Shown here: positions 50,745 through 59,974 of the stretch, in pieces | Layout: each line of letters opens with the position of its first letter | How positions within the stretch are numbered: the first letter of the stretch is position 1 | Assembly (NCBI GenBank): GCA_963668675.2 | Contig: CAXXMB010000002.1 | Location: forward strand, 672,001-736,000 | Length of the DNA stretch: 64,000 bases | Direction: 5' to 3' | Source: an uncultured Desulfatitalea sp. | GTDB taxonomy: Bacteria > Desulfobacterota > Desulfobacteria > Desulfobacterales > Desulfosarcinaceae | Notes under the pieces: generated by a model | Told to the model about the DNA's origin: nothing | The model's database searches: none | Seen by the model: the letters and a program-made list of their open reading frames with translations, nothing else | Made by a program: the position numbers and the translations under genes

Positions 50745-51008
50745 TCAAGCCGTTTGACGCCACGAGGAGAATTTGAGCTCATCGAAGACCAGGCGGTCTT
50801 CCGAGGGCTTCTCCACCACTTCCTGGATCCCAATGGTGTGCTCAATCAAACGCCGGCTATCTATTTGCATACACTCTTGGCAAAGACACACCTGAACGGT
50901 CATCTCGCCGACCTTATACCTGCAGACGTGCGTGGCGGGGTGGGAATTGCAGACGTAGCAGAGCATGCTCAGGTTCTCGGGCAGTGGTTTGGAAGATTCA
51001 GCAATCAT
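50745..51008 (-). CDS. Small Cys-rich (CxxC...CxCxxC) protein, probable Zn-binding
   Basis: LCYVCNSHPATHVC...VCLCQEC; AAGGA RBS. Confidence 0.7.
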   Translation of the reverse strand: MIAESSKPLPENLSMLCYVCNSHPATHVCRYKVGEMTVQVCLCQECMQIDSRRLIEHTIGIQEVVEKPSEDRLVFDELKFSSWRQTA

Positions 51009-51085
51009 ATTGTTATCCTTTATGCAGGCCGATTTTCTTATCTTTCAATGGTTAAGACGCTTCAGCCCCAACCGACGCCAAATAA

Positions 51086-51101
51086 AGCAATAGACGTGCC
51101 A
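51086..51101 (-). promoter_or_regulatory. Sigma-54 promoter
   Basis: Minus strand TGGCAC-GTCTA-TTGCT, full consensus; AT-rich tract upstream. Confidence 0.75.
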
Positions 51102-51273
51102 CTGTCTGCAAAATCAAGTTATCAATCTGTTTTAATTGTTTTAATTGTGTTTTAGATAATCATATCGACCTCGCCCCGCAATGGGTGCTGAATCTTTTTT
51201 GATAGTTGGGCGTGCACGATGCTATCAAACTGATAGTCACAAAGCGAACCGCTACCCCGGGTGCTTGTCCAAA

Positions 51274-52584
51274 TTAGAGCCGCCAATAGGTAATGCCCAG
51301 TCGATCGGCCTCAGCATAATCGAAAAGGCTCTTCACATCGACCACAATCGGATTTCCGTTGGTGCACAGTGCGGCCAATCCAGCAAGCCCCATGGTTCGA
51401 TAGATCTTGTGCATGACCCCCAGGACCACAGCATCGACCCCGGCAAGCTCCTCTATGGAACTCAATTTCACCCGGCAGTGCTCTTGCGCCTCTTCGGAAT
51501 CGGCCAGTGGATCGTGCACGAGCACCTCCACGCCGTAATCTTCCAGCTCACCGACAATATCGACGATGCGTGTGTTCCGCAGATCGGGCACATCCTCCTT
51601 GAAGGTGATCCCCAATACCGCCACCTTGGCGCCCTTGACCGCCTTGCCGCTGTGGATCAGCATCTTCACCGTTCGTTCTGCGATGTATTTGCCCATGCCG
51701 TCGTTGATGCGCCGGCCGGCGAGGATCATTTCGGGGTGGTAACCGAGGGAATCCGCCTTGAAGGTGAGATAGTAGGGATCGACACCGATGCAGTGGCCGC
51801 CGACCAGTCCGGGACGAAACGGCAGAAAATTCCATTTGCTGCCGGCCGCCTCGAGCACCTCCACCGTATCGATACCGATGATATCGAAGATCATAGCCAA
51901 CTCGTTCATCAGGGCGATATTGAGATCGCGCTGGGTGTTCTCGATCACCTTGGCCGCTTCCGCAACCTTGATGCTGGACGCTTTATGGAGTCCGGCCTTT
52001 ACGACCTTGGCGTAGACACTCACCAGCATATCGGCGCTTGCATCGTCGGAGCCCGAAACGATCTTGACCACACTCTCCAGTGTATGCACCTTGTCGCCCG
52101 GGTTGATGCGCTCCGGTGAATAGCCCACGGTGAAATCACGCCCGAATTTGAGACCGGAGGCCTTTTCGAGGATCGGCACGCACACCTCTTCTGTGGCCCC
52201 TGGATATACGGTGGACTCAAATACCACGCAGGCGCCCTTTTGCAGGTAACGGCCGGCCGCTTCAGAGGCACCGCGCAGCGGACTCAAATCGGGGATATTG
52301 TACTCGTCAATGGGAGTGGGTACGGCAATGATGATCAACCGACATTGGGCCAGGTCATCGGCCTTGCTGGTATAGGTGAGAGAAGTTGCTGCAAGCCGCT
52401 CGTCCGCCACCTCAAGCGTACGGTCATGACCGTTGCGCAGCTCCTCTACGCGCGCCGCTTTCATATCGTAGCCGACCACATCGAAATGATCGGCCAGATG
52501 AACAGCCAGGGGCAGGCCTACATAGCCCAACCCGATCACTGCAATCTTGTCCTGTTTCGCCTGCAACGACTCAAACGTTACCAT
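51274..52584 (-). CDS. Nucleotide-sugar 6-dehydrogenase (TviB/WbpO-like)
   Basis: GLGYVGLP, ESTVYPG, SPERINPG, GGHCIGVDP, TFKEDVPDLRN. Confidence 0.92.
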   Translation of the reverse strand: MVTFESLQAKQDKIAVIGLGYVGLPLAVHLADHFDVVGYDMKAARVEELRNGHDRTLEVADERLAATSLTYTSKADDLAQCRLIIIAVPTPIDEYNIPDLSPLRGASEAAGRYLQKGACVVFESTVYPGATEEVCVPILEKASGLKFGRDFTVGYSPERINPGDKVHTLESVVKIVSGSDDASADMLVSVYAKVVKAGLHKASSIKVAEAAKVIENTQRDLNIALMNELAMIFDIIGIDTVEVLEAAGSKWNFLPFRPGLVGGHCIGVDPYYLTFKADSLGYHPEMILAGRRINDGMGKYIAERTVKMLIHSGKAVKGAKVAVLGITFKEDVPDLRNTRIVDIVGELEDYGVEVLVHDPLADSEEAQEHCRVKLSSIEELAGVDAVVLGVMHKIYRTMGLAGLAALCTNGNPIVVDVKSLFDYAEADRLGITYWRL

Positions 52585-52679
52585 TCTTTCAATCCTTATA
52601 GTTGAATGCCACGGATCAATCCATTATGTTGTTATTATCCGCTTATAGCTTGAAATCACATCGCAAACAAGGGGAAGCC

Positions 52680-53243
52680 ATGTCGGGCGACAAATCAAAC
52701 GTTCATCGAATGGCGCAGACCAGTTGGTGTGTCATCACCGGCGCCCCCTGTTCGGGTAAAACGGCTGTCATCGAACAACTGGCGGCCCGGGGTTTCAGCG
52801 TTAAACCGGAGGCGGCGCGCGCTTATATCGACCAGCGTTTGGCACGGGGCGAAACCCTGGCCGAAATCAAAGCCGACAACCTCTCCTTTGAGCGTCACAT
52901 CCTGATGACAAAAGTAGAGATCGAACAGCAGTTGCCCTGTGACGAACTTATTTTCATGGATCGGGCCGTTCCCGACAGCATCGCCTACTACCGCATCGAA
53001 GGGTTGGACGCAGAAGAACCGCTTCATTTCAGCAGACAGTTCAGATATCGATCGATCTTTCTTCTGGATCGGATAGCATTCCAGGAGGACCGGGTGAGAT
53101 CGGAGTCCGATGAGACGGCCGAACAGATCGAGTACCTGCTGGTGGAGTCTTATAAAGCCTTGGGGTATTCCATTGTGCGGGTGCCGCTGATGGAAATTTC
53201 ACAACGGGCTGACCATATCCTGAGGCATGCCGCCAAGGGCTGA
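52680..53243 (+). CDS. P-loop ATPase/kinase (NadR/Ttd14-like)
   Basis: ITGAPCSGKT, EAAR, FMDRAVPDSIAY. Confidence 0.8.
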   Translation: MSGDKSNVHRMAQTSWCVITGAPCSGKTAVIEQLAARGFSVKPEAARAYIDQRLARGETLAEIKADNLSFERHILMTKVEIEQQLPCDELIFMDRAVPDSIAYYRIEGLDAEEPLHFSRQFRYRSIFLLDRIAFQEDRVRSESDETAEQIEYLLVESYKALGYSIVRVPLMEISQRADHILRHAAKG

Positions 53244-53255
53244 CCTCACGCGCGT

Positions 53256-53975
53256 TTATGCCCCACCCTTCTCGATCACCTGTGCGGTGAGCCGCTTCAT
53301 TTCGCTATGGGTCAGGTGGCGCCAGGCTCCCTCCGGCAAATCCCCCAGATGGATATGGGCCATCCGAATCCGTTTGAGCCGCTTCACCTTGTAGCCCAGC
53401 TCCTTGACCATGCGCCGGATCTGGCGATTACGCCCTTCCAGCAGCACGATGCGGAATCGCCGCCCGGCAAGCCGGCGCACCCTGGCCGGCCGGGTCATAC
53501 CCCCGATGATGCGCACGCCTTCGGCAAGCCGGCGCAAAGTGCCATCATCGATGGGGCGGTCTACGGTCACATCGTACTCCTTCTCATGGTCGAACGAAGG
53601 GTGGGAGAGACGATGATGCAGGCGGCCGTCGTTGGTCAACAGCAGCAGACCGGTGGAGTCTTTGTCGAGGCGCCCCACCGGATAGATGCGCTCTTTTAAA
53701 TCGATCAAATCGATCACCAGTTTCTGGCCGGGGTGGTCGCAACTGGTCACATACCCTCTGGGCTTGTGCAGGGCCACATAGATCTTTTCAGAAACCGTGC
53801 CCACCGGGCGGCCATCGACCTGAACCCGGTCTTTTTCGGGGTCAACTTTGGTCCCCAGAGTGGTCACCACTTCGCCATTCACCCGCACCCGGCCGGCACG
53901 TATCAAGTTCTCTCCATGCCGCCGGGAGCATACACCCGACTCGGAGAGCCATTTTTGCAGTCTTACGAGTGCCAT
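53256..53975 (-). CDS. rRNA pseudouridine synthase (RsuA/RluB family)
   Basis: S4 domain RLQKWL..CSRR, HKPRG, PVGRLDKDSTGLLLLTNDG, EGRNRQIRRM; start MALVR. Confidence 0.93.
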   Translation of the reverse strand: MALVRLQKWLSESGVCSRRHGENLIRAGRVRVNGEVVTTLGTKVDPEKDRVQVDGRPVGTVSEKIYVALHKPRGYVTSCDHPGQKLVIDLIDLKERIYPVGRLDKDSTGLLLLTNDGRLHHRLSHPSFDHEKEYDVTVDRPIDDGTLRRLAEGVRIIGGMTRPARVRRLAGRRFRIVLLEGRNRQIRRMVKELGYKVKRLKRIRMAHIHLGDLPEGAWRHLTHSEMKRLTAQVIEKGGA

Positions 53976-53998
53976 TGCATAGCGCCAATTTTTAATTA

Positions 53999-55186
53999 CT
54001 ATGATCGATAGTCGGCATTGATCTTGATGTAATCGATTGAATAGTCGCAGGTGAGGATAGAGGCCTGCCCCTGCCCCAAATTGAGATCGATGGTGGTGGT
54101 GAACTCTGCCTGTTTCATGACGGCAGTTGCCAAGGCTTCCCTCTCCTGCCCGCACCCCTGGCCTTCCGCGACCATCTGTACGGTATCGAAATAGATATCG
54201 ACACGGTCCGGATCGACCTGCGCACCGGCCCTTCCCAGTGCGCCCATAATGCGGCCCCAATTGGCGTCTTCACCGAAAAAGGCCGTCTTGACCAGGGGTG
54301 AGTGGGCCACCGTGTCGGCGATCCGAAAGGCATCGGCGTCCGAGGCGGCTCCGGTCACTTTGATATCGACCACCTTGGTGACGCCCTCGCCATCTTTTAC
54401 CAATCTGCGGGCAATCTCCAGAAGCATCTCATCCAGTAACTGCTGAAAAACCTTGCACTGATCGTCCGTACGGATTTGAACACCGGACATTCCGTTGGCC
54501 AGCAGCAACACCGTATCATTTGTACTGGTATCTCCGTCTATGGTGATGCGGTTCAAGGAGCGCTCCACCGCCGGGGTAAGCATTCGCTTTAACATATCCG
54601 CCGGCACATCCGCGTCGGTGCAGACAAAGCAGAGCATCGTGGCCATATCGGGCCGGATCATGCCGGCCCCTTTGGCCATGGCCACCAGGGAGAAGGTACG
54701 CCCGTCGATCTCGCCCCGGCGCACGATCAGTTTGGAAACGGTATCGGTGGTCATAATGGCGCGGGCCGCATCTTCGAATCCCTCGGGCCGCAAGGCAGCC
54801 GCCAACCGCGGCAAGGCGGCCTGAATCTTTTCCGTGGGCAACGGTGCGCCGATCACACCGGTGGAGGCGACGAGCACTTGTTCCTCATCCAGATGGAGAA
54901 GCGACGCCACGCCATCCGTCACAGCGCGCGCATCGGCCATCCCCTGGGAGCCGGTGCAGCAATTGGCATTGCCTGCATTGGCCACGATGGCCTGGGCCAG
55001 CCCACTCTCCACACGCGCTTTGGAAATCCTCACCGGTGCAGCCGCAACACGATTGCGCGTAAACATCCCGGCCACATGGGCCGGCACCTTGGAGTAGATC
55101 AAGGCCAGGTCCAGGGCATTGCTCTTTTTGATCCCGGCGGCGAGACCGGCCGCTGAAAACCCTTCGCACAGGAACCTTTCGCCCAT
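53999..55186 (-). CDS. argJ: Ornithine acetyltransferase / N-acetylglutamate synthase
   Basis: NAGNAN, STGVIG, MTTDT, KGAGMIRPDMATML, DTSTND, DGEG, DANWGR. Confidence 0.96.
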   Translation of the reverse strand: MGERFLCEGFSAAGLAAGIKKSNALDLALIYSKVPAHVAGMFTRNRVAAAPVRISKARVESGLAQAIVANAGNANCCTGSQGMADARAVTDGVASLLHLDEEQVLVASTGVIGAPLPTEKIQAALPRLAAALRPEGFEDAARAIMTTDTVSKLIVRRGEIDGRTFSLVAMAKGAGMIRPDMATMLCFVCTDADVPADMLKRMLTPAVERSLNRITIDGDTSTNDTVLLLANGMSGVQIRTDDQCKVFQQLLDEMLLEIARRLVKDGEGVTKVVDIKVTGAASDADAFRIADTVAHSPLVKTAFFGEDANWGRIMGALGRAGAQVDPDRVDIYFDTVQMVAEGQGCGQEREALATAVMKQAEFTTTIDLNLGQGQASILTCDYSIDYIKINADYRS

Positions 55187-55394
55187 AAATACCTCCTGAT
55201 TTCAATATCGATGGAGCCCTCTCTCCGTCGCAGCATTCGCCGGATGGATCACCGGCCCCTGGAAATCCGGCTATAAAAACTGAAAGGGTCTTCATGGGCC
55301 AAATAGCGCCAAATGTCAAATATGGTTTTGGGTTGCCAAAGCCTCGGGAGTTCAATAGATAGACAGGTTAATACTGATGAGAGGTGAATCGGAC

Positions 55395-55583
55395 ATGAAA
55401 CCGGATACCCATACATTTCAATGCCCCCATTGCCACACCCCCATGGCGTTCTATCGGACCTGACGCAAAGTGCAATGGCGCTGCGGGGACTGCAGCCGAA
55501 GTTATGAACTGTCCGATCTGCTCGACCAGCTGGACGAGGGCATGGAAGCGGCATTGGGCAACCTGTGGTGCGACCGCTTTTAG
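55395..55583 (+). CDS. Dual-CxxC small selenoprotein (in-frame TGA 55461-55463)
   Basis: GAGGTG RBS; MKPDTHTFQCPHCHTPMAFYRT-U-RKVQWRCGDC...WCDRF*; hairpin just downstream of TGA; absent from ORF track. Confidence 0.8.
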
Positions 55584-55677
55584 CCGACCGGATTGAAGTC
55601 AATCCGGCACCAGTACCAGCGTTCGAGCCAATATTGAGCCCAGGGCTAAGCCCAAAACAGAAATTGACCCGTCACCC

Positions 55678-56601
55678 ATGATCATCCAACACCTTTTCCC
55701 CGTATTCGCTCTGATTGCACTGGGGGCCGCCCTCAAGCGATTCGGGTTGACCAACGACGCGTTCTTGTCCATTACCGATCGGCTCATCTATTTCATCTTT
55801 TTCCCCATCCTGCTCTTCTGGAAAATCGGGGCCGCCACACAAACCTTCACCCCAGAGGCTGCTCGCCTCTATCTCTCCGCCATCGGTACCGTCATCTGCA
55901 TCTATATCCTGAGCACACTCTATATCTGGCTCTCTAAAGTTCAGGCCTTCCAGGCAGGCACCTTTTCCCAGAGCTGTTACCGCTTCAACAGCTATGTCGG
56001 CATGGCGGTGATCCTCAGTGTATTGGGAGAGTCCGGCGTGGCGCGTTTCGGCGTTCTCATCGGCCTGGTGATCCCGTTGATCAATGTGTTGTCGGTCACC
56101 ACCCTGATCTGGTTTTCGGCAACCCCCGGCAATCTGGGCCAGCGCTTGCGGACGACGATCATCTCCATCCTGACCAATCCCCTCGTCATCGGCTGTGCAG
56201 CTGGACTGATCTATGCCGCCTGGATCAATCGGTTTCCGATTTTCATCGAAAACACCCTGCGCCTGGGGGCTTCGGTCACCCTTCCCCTGGCCCTGCTCTC
56301 CATCGGCGGCAACCTGACCCCCCAGACCCTGAGACGCCATCTGGGCCTAGCCACCGCAGGAGCCGTATTCAAGCTGGTTCTCCTGCCCGTGGTCGGATAC
56401 CTCTTCATGCGCCTCGCAGGCGTTACCGACAACTACCTGGCCGTAGGCATGCTCTTCTTTGCCCTGCCCACGTCAACGTCCATCTATGTGCTCTCGGCCC
56501 AGTTGAAAAGCGACACCGAGTTTGCATCGGCCGCCATAGTCCTTTCAACGGGACTTTCATTTATCACCTTGTCGGTTGTTTTGTGGCTGCTGAATGGGTA
56601 A
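55678..56601 (+). CDS. AEC-family transporter
   Basis: ~10 TM helices, RFNSYVG, NPLVIG, LPLALLSIG, LPTS. Confidence 0.88.
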   Translation: MIIQHLFPVFALIALGAALKRFGLTNDAFLSITDRLIYFIFFPILLFWKIGAATQTFTPEAARLYLSAIGTVICIYILSTLYIWLSKVQAFQAGTFSQSCYRFNSYVGMAVILSVLGESGVARFGVLIGLVIPLINVLSVTTLIWFSATPGNLGQRLRTTIISILTNPLVIGCAAGLIYAAWINRFPIFIENTLRLGASVTLPLALLSIGGNLTPQTLRRHLGLATAGAVFKLVLLPVVGYLFMRLAGVTDNYLAVGMLFFALPTSTSIYVLSAQLKSDTEFASAAIVLSTGLSFITLSVVLWLLNG

Positions 56602-56610
56602 GCAAAAAAT

Positions 56611-57354
56611 ATGGCGAAAAAAAACTTCAAGCTGGTGATCGAGTACGACGGCAGTGCCTATTGCGGCTGGCAAATCCAACCGAACGGGCCGACCATCCAG
56701 GATCAAATCGAAAGCGCCCTGCGGCGTATGACCTGCAGCAAAGTGAATCTTATCGGTTCAGGGCGCACCGATGCGGGCGTGCATGCCTTGGGCCAGAGCG
56801 CCAACTTTTCCTGTGACACCAACATCGACGCCCAGGCCTTTCAAAACGGTCTGAACAGTCTCCTGCCTGATGACATCGTCATACGGTCGTGTAGCCGAGT
56901 CGATGAAAACTTCCATGCCCGATTCGACGCCAAAGCGAAAATCTATCGCTACCACATTCTCAACAGTCCCCTGCCAGCCGCCATCGGGCGTCAATATCAG
57001 TGGTGGATTCGCAGCCCGCTCGATGCATATGCCATGGCAGAGGCTGCAAGCCACCTGGTAGGTAAAAAAGATTTCAAAGCTTTCGAGGCCTCCGGCAGTC
57101 CAAGGGCACATACCATTCGGCAGGTGATGCGGGCCGATATCCGCCGGGAAAACCAAATCAACGTCGTTTTTGAGATCCAGGCCGAAGGTTTTCTAAGGTA
57201 TATGGTCAGAAATATCACCGGGACACTTGTGGAGGTTGGCAAAGGGAACATGGACCCCGAAGATATGCTCTCAATCCTGGCCTCCCAGGATCGCGCTCGT
57301 GCTGGCATGACCGCTCCGGCACAAGGGTTGTGCCTGGTCGAAGTTCTCTATTAG
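56611..57354 (+). CDS. truA: tRNA pseudouridine(38-40) synthase
   Basis: YDGSAYCGWQ, GRTDAGVHA, FHARF, FLRYMVR, TAPAQGL. Confidence 0.96.
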   Translation: MAKKNFKLVIEYDGSAYCGWQIQPNGPTIQDQIESALRRMTCSKVNLIGSGRTDAGVHALGQSANFSCDTNIDAQAFQNGLNSLLPDDIVIRSCSRVDENFHARFDAKAKIYRYHILNSPLPAAIGRQYQWWIRSPLDAYAMAEAASHLVGKKDFKAFEASGSPRAHTIRQVMRADIRRENQINVVFEIQAEGFLRYMVRNITGTLVEVGKGNMDPEDMLSILASQDRARAGMTAPAQGLCLVEVLY

Positions 57355-57523
57355 ACGCCCCAGAGGACTGAAACCATTTACAAAGGTGCAAATTCCGTAT
57401 CTTTTTATCGACACATGCTGTCGGTCAGAGGTATCGATTCAACACCTGAATCATCTGTTCAATACACCGGCTCTCCAAAGGCCCACAGCCGGCGAAGGGG
57501 TTACGGAACGGTTGCATCGAAAA

Positions 57524-57539
57524 TGGCACTCAATTTGCG
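57524..57539 (+). promoter_or_regulatory. Sigma-54 promoter
   Basis: TGGCAC-TCAAT-TTGC ~130 bp upstream of ATG 57667. Confidence 0.7.
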
Positions 57540-57666
57540 TGAACCTCGTACCAGGATTATCAGAGAATCCATTAAAGCTTCCGGATGAGTTGAACTCATG
57601 CTAAGGCAAAAAGAGGCCGATAATAATAAGTGGTACCATCACCTACCTTTCAAAAGAGGATGAAGC

Positions 57667-58158
57667 ATGCAGGAAACCACATTTTTGGACAACAACGAGA
57701 CCATGATGGAGAACCTGAAGAATATTCCGGTTCTGGAGCATTTCGATGACAACGAACTCAACAAGCTTCTGGAGATGAGCAAGATTCGAAAGTATAAGGC
57801 CGGCGAATGCATCGTTCAGGAGGGCCGTTCGGATACATGGCTCTATTTTTTGATGTACGGAAAAATCCAGATCAGCAAACAGGGCAAAGAGCTGGCCGCC
57901 CTCACCCGCAAAGGGGAGGTCTTTGGCGAGATGGGTGCTCTGGACAGCTCCCGACGTTCGGCTTCCGCCCACGCCGTGACCGACACGGTCTGCCTGGCGA
58001 CCGATATCTTCTACCTAGAGAAACTGAGCGGAAATGAAAAACTGGCTTTCGGCTATGTCTTCTACCGTCTGATGTCGGAGATCCTCTCCCGCCGCCTGAG
58101 ACAAACCACCGAAGAGCTGATCAAGGCCAAGGGACGCATCAATCTGAAGTTTTGGTAG
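57667..58158 (+). CDS. Stand-alone cyclic-nucleotide-binding domain protein
   Basis: GECIVQEG, GEVFGEMG..RRSASA; no HTH. Confidence 0.88.
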   Translation: MQETTFLDNNETMMENLKNIPVLEHFDDNELNKLLEMSKIRKYKAGECIVQEGRSDTWLYFLMYGKIQISKQGKELAALTRKGEVFGEMGALDSSRRSASAHAVTDTVCLATDIFYLEKLSGNEKLAFGYVFYRLMSEILSRRLRQTTEELIKAKGRINLKFW

Positions 58159-59965
58159 TCTTCATTTCAGCCACCTTCTCGTTGTAGAAAGCAATCACCT
58201 CCCGCCGATTGAGCATGCCGATCAAGATACCGGCATCCTCCTGTTCCACGACCGGCAGGCTATCGATATTTTTGGTTGTAAATTTGGTGAGTACCGAATT
58301 GAGATCTTCGGAGGGTGTGGTCTTGATGATTTCGGATGTGCCGATGTCCTTCATCACCACAAGGTGTTCGATCTCAGAAGAGAAAAGAACTTCGCGCACA
58401 TCGTTGATCGAAAAGATACTCACCATGCGCCCTTCCCCGTCGATCACCGGGAAATAGTGCTGTGTGGTTTGCGAAAAGTAGTGTTTGAACTCCAGAAAGG
58501 TCATGTCCTGTGGAATCAAACGCACATCCTTGATGCGTTCAGTCAGATCATTTACGCGAAACGTCTGCAGCACATCCACGAAAAAATCCCCGGCATGGGC
58601 CGGCGAGTCGATCTTACTCTGAACCTGGCAGTGAAAGATGGTCCAGCGCCGCGCAGCCATATAGCACACCGAGCAGACCAGCAGGCTGGGCAGGAGCAGG
58701 TGGTAGGAGTTGGTCATCTCGGAGACAAAAATAATGGTCGAAATGGGGGTATTGGAGACCGCTGTAAAAAACCCGGCCATCCCCACCACCACAAACGCAC
58801 CGGGCTGCAGCACAACTGAAGGCAAAAGCGCGTGAAACGTCCTGCCCACAGCGCCCCCCAGAGCACCTCCAATCACGATAGACGGGCCGAAGACGCCTCC
58901 GCTGCCTCCGGACCCGATGGTAAACGACGTGGTCAGTATCTTTCCAAATGCCAAGGTCAGCAAAAAGGCAGAAGTCAACTCATTGTTCAATGCCTGCTGG
59001 GCGAAGCCATATCCGAAAGCCAGGCAATGGGGCCAGAAAAATCCGATCATTCCGGTAATGAGACCGCCGATGGCCGGTTTGATGTGGTTGGGAATCTTCT
59101 TGATACGGTGAAAAAAACCGGCGGTGCCGTAGAAAGCGTTCACATAAAACCAGCTAAAGGCCACCAGTACGATCGATAGGGCCAAATAGGGCCCCAATTC
59201 CAGAGGATTCTGGAATTTGAACGGTGGCGATTCGAACAGGGAGCCCCATCCAAACACCAGGCAGAAGAGACAGTAGGCCACAACCGATGAGATGCCGGCA
59301 GGGATGATCACTTCGGACTCGAATTCAGGGTCTCTGTAAAGCACCTCGGCAGCGAAAAGCGCACCGGCCAGGGGCGCCCTGAAGATGCTGCCGACACCGG
59401 CACCGATGCCGGCGGCCATCATAATCCGGCGTTCACGATTGGACAGTTTGAGGCGAGTAGCCAGAAACGATCCAAAGCCCGCACCGATCTGTGCAATGGG
59501 TCCCTCACGCCCTCCGGAGCCACCTGTCGTCAACGTGATTGCCGATGCAATGGTTTTGATGAACGGGACGCGGCCGCGAATGAACCCGCCTTTATTATGG
59601 TAGGCATCGATGGCCGCATCGGTCCCGTGGCCTTCCGCTTCGGGCGCAAAGGTATAGACCAGCCATCCGCTGAGCAGGCCGCCAATGGCAGGCAGGAAAA
59701 ACAGGACCCAGCGATTGAACGGGGTATTGGAACGCGGCAGCAGATGCTGCTCGCCGGCAGGCGAGGGCGGCATGTAGCCGGCCATCACATCCATGAAAAG
59801 ATGGATACCGAGCTGGCACAAGTAGTTGAATACGATGGAGCCGGTTCCGGCGATGAGACCGATGGCGATAAAATAGAGCGCCCATTTGCTGGCGCGGGCC
59901 AAATCAAAGGCGCGTCCTCCCGGGGGGGCGGCCTCTGCCCTATTTGCGCCATCCAGTGAAGCCAT
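58139..59965 (-). CDS. ClC chloride channel/transporter with CBS pair
   Basis: GHGTD, GREGP, GGVFGPS, C-terminal CBS domains. Confidence 0.93.
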   Translation of the reverse strand: MASLDGANRAEAAPPGGRAFDLARASKWALYFIAIGLIAGTGSIVFNYLCQLGIHLFMDVMAGYMPPSPAGEQHLLPRSNTPFNRWVLFFLPAIGGLLSGWLVYTFAPEAEGHGTDAAIDAYHNKGGFIRGRVPFIKTIASAITLTTGGSGGREGPIAQIGAGFGSFLATRLKLSNRERRIMMAAGIGAGVGSIFRAPLAGALFAAEVLYRDPEFESEVIIPAGISSVVAYCLFCLVFGWGSLFESPPFKFQNPLELGPYLALSIVLVAFSWFYVNAFYGTAGFFHRIKKIPNHIKPAIGGLITGMIGFFWPHCLAFGYGFAQQALNNELTSAFLLTLAFGKILTTSFTIGSGGSGGVFGPSIVIGGALGGAVGRTFHALLPSVVLQPGAFVVVGMAGFFTAVSNTPISTIIFVSEMTNSYHLLLPSLLVCSVCYMAARRWTIFHCQVQSKIDSPAHAGDFFVDVLQTFRVNDLTERIKDVRLIPQDMTFLEFKHYFSQTTQHYFPVIDGEGRMVSIFSINDVREVLFSSEIEHLVVMKDIGTSEIIKTTPSEDLNSVLTKFTTKNIDSLPVVEQEDAGILIGMLNRREVIAFYNEKVAEMKTTKTSD

Positions 59966-59974
59966 AGATTGAGG

